Source of the DNA: Candidatus Methanoperedens sp.
Lineage (GTDB): Archaea > Halobacteriota > Methanosarcinia > Methanosarcinales > Methanoperedenaceae
Assembly (NCBI GenBank): GCA_027460535.1
Contig: JAPZAR010000027.1
Coordinates: 240,001-272,000, forward strand
Direction of reading: 5' to 3'
DNA: 32,000 bases
The stretch's first letter is position 1, and each line of letters starts with the position of its first letter. A model generated the notes under the pieces. It saw nothing but the letters and a program-made list of their open reading frames with translations, was not told where the DNA came from and searched no databases. Positions 26,501-30,851 of the stretch are shown here, one piece after another. A program made the position numbers and the translations under genes.

Positions 26501-27531
26501 ACAAGGACTTCGCAGGCACTGTAAAGATGTGGGTGTATGGCAATAGCGCTGAGGACAGCTTTGAGTTCAGCAGGGAATTTGTAAAAGGTGAGAACAGGGT
26601 AGAGGTTAACAGGACTTTAAATACAAGCTGGTCTGGCATTCACTCAGTAGCATATGGTGTGTATGCCGATATACCAGGTCATTCTCTTGTACTCCTCGCC
26701 TCTGGAGAAGAGTACTTTGATGTAGTGGATCATGTGCCTCCTTTGATCACAATAACCTCGCCTCAGAATATTGAATACACAACGAGTTCAGTACCTCTGA
26801 TCTTTAGCATAGAAGATACAAGCGATATAGAGTGGACAGGTTATAGCCTGGACGGCGCAGAGAATGTAACGATCAGCGGAAGTAGTCTATTAACAGACCT
26901 GACAAACGGCAACCATAGACTAATTGTATATGCAATGGACTCGGCGGGAAATACAGGTTCAGCATCGACTGACTTCATAATTGGTAGCACACTGCCAAAA
27001 GAGGCGCATGCAGAAGCGGTCATCATGTTCGACACGGCATCGAAGGATATCAATGTGTATAACAACGGAACTGGAAGCGAGGTAAGCTACGTCATATTGC
27101 CATCGAAGAAAGAAAAGAATGATAAGAAAGAACAGGATAAGGCCGATGATAAAGGCTGGGAACTGAGACAGTATACGCTCAAAGATATTTCCGATAACTC
27201 GCTTGTGCTTGTTTTAAAACACAAGACGGAGGGAAAGGAAACAAAGATCGAAATCGTCAGCATGCAGTACAACAGCGAAGCAATAATCGAGACAGCAAAG
27301 AATACGATACAGGCTCAGTACTCTGAAGAGAAGAATGGCATGTTCAAGGAATTGGAGCAGAAGATCGAAGTCGATAAACTCCTGAAAGCTGAGACAAAGT
27401 ACAATGCCAAGAAAGATGAAACGGAAATAAAGGTGAAAATGGAGGGAGAGAAAGAGCAGAAAGAAAACAGGGCAGGCAATGTGATATTGGAGTTGTTTAC
27501 TGAAAATGGTATCTTAAAGCTCAGATACTAG
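17524..27531 (+). CDS. Giant (about 3335 aa) N-terminally anchored/secreted multidomain surface protein: M23 peptidase, Ig-like (Big_5), GATase1-like, CARDB-like arrays, DUF2341 plus LamG-like, C-type lectin, C-terminal Ig-like and Lys/Glu-rich tail
   Basis: A single uninterrupted 10-kb ORF. Start placed at ATG 17524 ([44 protein letters not shown]: basic n-region plus a hydrophobic core). The 35 upstream codons from GTG 17419 are Gly/Arg/Met-rich and encoded by the G-run cluster. Domain evidence is given in the sub-features below. Confidence 0.9.
   Translation: [3335 protein letters not shown]
17650..18200 (+). other. Domain: M23 (LytM/lysostaphin-type) zinc metallopeptidase
   Basis: HxxxD motif [10 protein letters not shown] (His at 17734) and HxH motif [10 protein letters not shown] (18133-18150), with the usual GxxVxAxxxGxV strand ([15 protein letters not shown]) between them. 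Confidence 0.8.
18685..18990 (+). other. Domain: SbsA/Big_5-type Ig-like domain
   Basis: [35 protein letters not shown]...[13 protein letters not shown] is the typical Big_5 pattern: P-x-V/I-x-x-x-x-P, then I-x-I-x-F-x-E-x-M/V, then T-x-Y-x-V. Confidence 0.65.
19531..20000 (+). other. Domain: GATase1-like / DUF4350-like module
   Basis: [40 protein letters not shown] ... [14 protein letters not shown] ... [10 protein letters not shown]. The layout matches that of the 13402-14268 protein. Confidence 0.4.
20001..22100 (+). repeat. Array of diverged CARDB-like beta-sandwich modules (first block)
   Basis: A recurring [VI]-x-N-x-G signature about every 100-120 aa ([31 protein letters not shown]). 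An earlier instance, [10 protein letters not shown], lies at about 19060. The repeats are at protein level only; I saw no DNA-level repeats. Confidence 0.55.
23005..23830 (+). other. Domains: DUF2341 followed by a LamG/concanavalin-like lectin fold
   Basis: [25 protein letters not shown]...[51 protein letters not shown] is a near-textbook DUF2341 pattern. The following [17 protein letters not shown]...VDNVRIRKY is typical of Laminin_G_3-type domains. Confidence 0.75.
23911..24270 (+). other. Domain: C-type lectin-like domain with Ca/sugar-site motifs EPN and WND
   Basis: [45 protein letters not shown]...[34 protein letters not shown]...WNDL. EPN is at 24160-24168 and WND at 24226-24234. The WIGL/F-D and W-x-W blocks are present. 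Confidence 0.8.
24300..26730 (+). repeat. Array of diverged CARDB-like beta-sandwich modules (second block)
   Basis: Recurring x-N-x-G signatures: [40 protein letters not shown]. Also repeated 'TDKxVYxxGExV' module starts: [59 protein letters not shown]. Confidence 0.55.
26736..26985 (+). other. Domain: C-terminal Ig-like module
   Basis: [48 protein letters not shown]...[20 protein letters not shown] is a pattern common in archaeal and bacterial cell-surface Ig-like repeats. Confidence 0.5.
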
Positions 27532-27733
27532 TTTTGCTCAATTTTTAAAATATATGCTACTGTAAGCCCCATGGCTCCGTACCGAGCATTTCGCCTTTTT
27601 CTTCAGGTTCTTTCCACTTTTGAAAATTTTGAGGAATTGATGTGCATTCTCGCTTCTACACGAATTATTTATAGTTAGATCGGCATGTACGCTTAGCATT
27701 TCGCCATATCCTTATTTACTCATTATTTATATT

Positions 27734-28405
27734 ATGAAAAAAGAATACATCCAGAAGATGTTCGCTGGCATTTCACGCCGCTATGATTTTCTCAATCACC
27801 TGTTGAGCCTGGGGCGTGATATGCGCTGGCGGCGGTTCGCAGTTTCTAAATTGCCGCCAGGTCTCATCCTGGATGTATGTTCGGGAACCGGAGATGTGGC
27901 AATCGAAGTTTCGAACAAGAGCGAGGTCGTATCTGCTGATTTCTGCAAAGAGATGGTGCAACTGTGCACCTTGAAACTCAAAAAGCTGGATAATAAGAAA
28001 GTCCAATGCATCCAGAACGATGCCGAAACCCTTTCCTTCAGGGACGAAACATTTGATGGTGCTATCGTTGCTTTTGGCATCAGGAACGTTGCTGATATAA
28101 AAAAGGCATTGTCTGAGATGCGGCGTGTTGTCAAGAAAGATGGGAAGGTCGTTATACTGGAATTCTCCCAGCCTGAAAACCGGGTTTTCAGAGCGGCATA
28201 CTATCTCTATTTCCAGAAAATGTTACCTTTCATAGGTGCGTTGATATCGAAAAATACGGGCCCGTACAGCTACCTTCCTTCTTCTGTCATGGCTTTCCCT
28301 AACAGGAATGAGTTCGCGGGATACATGAAAGATTCAGGATTAAGAGATATAAGATTTTACGACCTCACATTCGGAATAGTCACGGTTTACACAGGAGTCA
28401 AATAA
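27734..28405 (+). CDS. ubiE: Demethylmenaquinone/ubiquinone-family C-methyltransferase (UbiE/MenG/COQ5 family)
   Basis: 223 aa. Family-specific N-terminal FAGISRRYDFLNHLLSLGRDMRWRR, the SAM motif ILDVCSGTGDVA, and VAFGIRNV. Confidence 0.9.
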   Translation: MKKEYIQKMFAGISRRYDFLNHLLSLGRDMRWRRFAVSKLPPGLILDVCSGTGDVAIEVSNKSEVVSADFCKEMVQLCTLKLKKLDNKKVQCIQNDAETLSFRDETFDGAIVAFGIRNVADIKKALSEMRRVVKKDGKVVILEFSQPENRVFRAAYYLYFQKMLPFIGALISKNTGPYSYLPSSVMAFPNRNEFAGYMKDSGLRDIRFYDLTFGIVTVYTGVK

Positions 28406-28449
28406 GGCTCGCTAACTCTTAAATATAGACAAGAGAATAAGGACAGAAA

Positions 28450-29373
28450 ATGAATAAACAGGACGTCTGCATATTAATTCCCGCCCTTAACGAGGGAAAA
28501 GCAATAGGTGGGTTGGTCACAGAATTCAAATCCATGGGTTTTTCTGATATCCTGGTCATCGACGGTCACAGCACCGATAATACCGCAAAGAACGCGGAAA
28601 GCGCAGGTGCCAGGGTGATAATACAGAGCGGCACCGGAAAAGGACAGGCTGTGAGCCAGGCGTTCCAGTCCATCACCAGTAAATATATCGTAATGATCGA
28701 TGGCGACGGGACGTATCTTCCGGAAGAGATTTATAAGCTTCTAGAACCCGTTACCACGGGCATTGCAGATCACGTTATAGGGAACAGGTTCGCGAATTAC
28801 CAGAAAGGTGCATTCACCCGCTTGAACCTTTTCGGGAACAAGATATTGAACAAGATATTCGGATTTGCATACGGTGTCTGGCTTCAAGATATACTTTCAG
28901 GTTACAGGGCGTTCAAAGGCAAAGCTGTCAAACAGATCGAACTGAACAGGACAGGGTTCGAGGTCGAAACGGAAATTACGGTCGAGTGTGTAAAAAAAGA
29001 TATAAGAACGATCGAAGTCCCGATAACCTATCTGGCAAGAACCAGCGGGGCGGCGACAAAGCTCAAACCTTTAAGGGACGGCTTCAGGATAGCATCAACT
29101 ATATACCTGCTCGCAAAGACGCACAATCCCCTTTTTTATTTTAACATTATTGGTGCATTCTTATTGATCATCGGCGTGGCCGTTGGTATCTATGTCGTGG
29201 ATGAATGGCTCAGAGACATAACTCATATACCCCTGACCATCCTTGCCACGCTTCTCATTGTGATAGGGATCCAGATGTTCATTTTCGCAATCCTGAGCGA
29301 CCTGATCGTTTCTGTGCACAAAGAGAACATGCATATGATGCGCAAGGTCCTGAAGGAAAAGGAGAATTTATGA
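28450..29373 (+). CDS. Family 2 glycosyltransferase (dolichyl/polyprenyl-phosphate sugar synthase-like) with two C-terminal TM helices
   Basis: 307 aa with CILIPALNEGKAIG, IDGHSTDNT and the DxD motif VMIDGDGTY. The C-terminal hydrophobic segments are FNIIGAFLLIIGVAVGIYVV and LTILATLLIVIGIQMFIFAILSDLIV. Confidence 0.85.
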   Translation: MNKQDVCILIPALNEGKAIGGLVTEFKSMGFSDILVIDGHSTDNTAKNAESAGARVIIQSGTGKGQAVSQAFQSITSKYIVMIDGDGTYLPEEIYKLLEPVTTGIADHVIGNRFANYQKGAFTRLNLFGNKILNKIFGFAYGVWLQDILSGYRAFKGKAVKQIELNRTGFEVETEITVECVKKDIRTIEVPITYLARTSGAATKLKPLRDGFRIASTIYLLAKTHNPLFYFNIIGAFLLIIGVAVGIYVVDEWLRDITHIPLTILATLLIVIGIQMFIFAILSDLIVSVHKENMHMMRKVLKEKENL

Positions 29374-30026
29374 AAATAGCAATACTGGGAGGCACAGGCA
29401 GCATCGGGGAGGGATTTGCACTCCGGTGGGCGGAAAAACACGACATATCGTTATGTTCGCGTGAAGTCGACAGGGCCGTCAGCGCAGCGAGTGAGTATAC
29501 CGACACGCTTTTGAGCAAAAGTATGGTTTGCTGCGGAATTACCGGATGCACGAACGAGGTAGGAATTAAGGATGTGGATGTTGTTGTGCTTTCCGTGCCG
29601 TATCATGGCGTAATAGACCTCTTGAAAAATCTCAAGCCTTATTTTAAAGACCAGATCGTGATCTCACTGGTGGTACCCATGAAAAAGAACCGCTGGTTTG
29701 AATACACGCCACCTAAGCAGGGAAGCGCGGCCCTTGAGATCAAAGACATTCTTCCCGCGAGCGTGAAAGTGGTTTCAGCATACCATAATGTATCCGCGAA
29801 GAAGCTGGCAAATATCGAATTGAGCCTTGATTATGATGTCGTGGTATGCGGGGATGATGAAGATGCAAAGAGCACTGTGATGGAACTGACAAAGGAGATC
29901 AAGAACCTGCGCCCCCTGGACGGCGGAGGCCTTTCTTCGTCTTACATGATCGAGTCCCTGACGCCTTTTTTGATTAACCTCGCGATCAGGAACCACCTCT
30001 CCGATCTTGGCGTAAAGTTCATATGA
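29370..30026 (+). CDS. fno: F420H2:NADP+ oxidoreductase / NADPH-dependent F420 reductase
   Basis: 218 aa from ATG 29370 (MKIAILGGTGSIGEGFALRWA, a Rossmann GxGxxG). The overall pattern is that of archaeal Fno/NpdG. The ATG overlaps the GT2 stop (ATGA). Track start 29205 lies inside the GT2 gene. Confidence 0.85.
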   Translation: MKIAILGGTGSIGEGFALRWAEKHDISLCSREVDRAVSAASEYTDTLLSKSMVCCGITGCTNEVGIKDVDVVVLSVPYHGVIDLLKNLKPYFKDQIVISLVVPMKKNRWFEYTPPKQGSAALEIKDILPASVKVVSAYHNVSAKKLANIELSLDYDVVVCGDDEDAKSTVMELTKEIKNLRPLDGGGLSSSYMIESLTPFLINLAIRNHLSDLGVKFI

Positions 30027-30051
30027 AAAACTTTAGGAAAGTTTTATCAAA
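30022..30051 (+). repeat. Direct repeat A, copy 1 (30 bp, exact)
   Basis: tatgaaaaactttaggaaagttttatcaaa. Contains the hairpin aaacttt-agg-aaagttt and the fno stop codon. Confidence 0.95.
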
Positions 30052-30106
30052 TGAAGGGGATGTTTCACATCCCCTATACGTCATAAAGGGGCGTAACCCT
30101 TTATGA
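30023..30106 (+). CDS. Unannotated small ORF 1 (27 aa), translationally coupled on both sides
   Basis: Hand translation: MKNFRKVLSNEGDVSHPLYVIKGRNPL. The ATG overlaps the fno stop (ATGA at 30023-30026). Its TGA (30104-30106) overlaps the next ATG (30103). It is below the 60-aa cutoff of the ORF track and is made entirely of repeat/hairpin DNA, so its coding status is uncertain. Confidence 0.35.
   Translation: MKNFRKVLSNEGDVSHPLYVIKGRNPL
30053..30092 (+). repeat. Direct repeat B, copy 1 (40 bp, exact)
   Basis: gaaggggatgtttcacatcccctatacgtcataaaggggc. Contains the hairpin ggggatgt-ttc-acatcccc. It is extended by ataaaggg-gcgtaa-ccctttat. Confidence 0.95.
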
Positions 30107-30131
30107 AAAACTTTAGGAAAGTTTTATCAAA
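30102..30131 (+). repeat. Direct repeat A, copy 2 (30 bp, exact), followed by a degenerate third unit
   Basis: Identical 30-mer located 80 bp downstream of copy 1. It is followed directly by the related unit aaacctttgaaaaaggtttatcaaa (30131-30155), which has its own hairpin. Confidence 0.95.
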
Positions 30132-30255
30132 AACCTTTGAAAAAGGTTTATCAAACGACGGGTATGGCACGCCATACCCGGACACGCCCTCCCGAGGCGT
30201 GACTCGGGAAGGGGATGTTTCACATCCCCTATACGTCATAAAGGGGCCTTTATGA
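30103..30255 (+). CDS. Unannotated small ORF 2 (50 aa), a paralogue of small ORF 1 with internal insertions
   Basis: Hand translation: MKNFRKVLSKTFEKGLSNDGYGTPYPDTPSRGVTREGDVSHPLYVIKGPL. It has the same first 9 residues as sORF1 and shares the 13-residue C-terminal block EGDVSHPLYVIKG. Its TGA (30253-30255) overlaps ATG 30252 of the next gene. Confidence 0.35.
   Translation: MKNFRKVLSKTFEKGLSNDGYGTPYPDTPSRGVTREGDVSHPLYVIKGPL
30159..30180. repeat. Perfect palindrome with 10-bp arms: cgggtatggc-ac-gccatacccg
   Basis: Read directly. It lies in the segment unique to sORF2. It is followed by two mutually exclusive hairpins, cacgcc/ggcgtg (30183-30201) and tcccgag/ctcggga (30190-30209). Confidence 0.9.
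30208..30247 (+). repeat. Direct repeat B, copy 2 (40 bp, exact)
   Basis: Identical 40-mer located 155 bp downstream of copy 1. Both copies end a few nt before a ...ctttATGA junction. Confidence 0.95.
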
Positions 30256-30851
30256 TAGATATATATAATAAATTACTTGACAAACTCGGTCCTAAGAACT
30301 GGTGGCCGGCTGAAACTCCTTTTGAAGTGGTCTTAGGCGCCATACTTACACAGCAGACAAAGTGGGAGAACGTCGAGAGGGCGATTAAGAATTTAAAGGA
30401 TAGAGGGCTTCTCGAAGCTGAATCCCTCTCCAGGATTGAATCAGGAGAACTGGAAGAACTTGTCAGGTGCACGGGATTTTACAGGCAGAAGGCAAGAAGG
30501 TTGAAGGATATTTCAGCATTTTTTTCGGAGAATCCCGATATACTCCGAAAACCGAAAGATGAACTCAGGGATGTTCTCCTTGCATTGAACGGCATTGGAG
30601 AAGAGACGGCGGACAGTATCATTTTGTATGCTGCAGACAAGCCGAAATTCGTTATCGATGCATACACAAAGAGGTTATGCAGGTGCGTGGGAGTTGAAGG
30701 CGATTATATGAAATTGCAATCCATATTTGAAAATTCCATCCCGCAGGAAGTTCCCCTGTACAAGGAATTCCACGCCCTCATAGTCGAGTACGGAAAGCAG
30801 TTCTGCGGGAAAAAACGATGTGATGAGTGCATATTTGATGAACCCGTCTAA
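30252..30851 (+). CDS. HhH-GPD superfamily protein, endonuclease III-related (COG2231-like)
   Basis: 199 aa with AILTQQTKWENVERAIKNL, the helix-hairpin-helix LNGIGEETADSIILYA, the Asp block FVIDAYTKRL, and a C-terminal Cys cluster CGKKRCDEC. Confidence 0.8.
   Translation: MIDIYNKLLDKLGPKNWWPAETPFEVVLGAILTQQTKWENVERAIKNLKDRGLLEAESLSRIESGELEELVRCTGFYRQKARRLKDISAFFSENPDILRKPKDELRDVLLALNGIGEETADSIILYAADKPKFVIDAYTKRLCRCVGVEGDYMKLQSIFENSIPQEVPLYKEFHALIVEYGKQFCGKKRCDECIFDEPV

Noticed and set aside
27571-27678. 35-codon ORF (MAPYRAFRLFLQVLSTFENFEELMCILASTRIIYS) in the spacer after the giant gene
   Set aside because: There is no SD or TATA geometry, no overlap coupling, no paralogue and no motif, so it is indistinguishable from chance.
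17114-27733. The giant AT-rich gene as part of an integrated mobile element or extrachromosomal (Borg-like) DNA
   Set aside because: I found no integrase, transposase or tRNA target, and no shared direct repeat of 10 nt or more between the flanks (17114-17420 versus 27532-27733). The neighbours are ordinary housekeeping genes on both strands. The compositional mosaic is reported as a finding instead.
29205-29369. Track start of the fno ORF at 29205
   Set aside because: It lies wholly inside the GT2 gene in another frame. The Rossmann fold begins at MKIAILGGTG (ATG 29370), preceded by GGAG and overlapping the GT2 stop.
30022-30255. CRISPR array or riboswitch as the explanation for the repeat/hairpin spacer
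   Set aside because: There are only two copies each of two different repeats, with unequal spacing (80 and 155 bp). The repeats abut each other rather than flanking unique spacers, and there are no cas genes in the window. I recognise no known riboswitch consensus.
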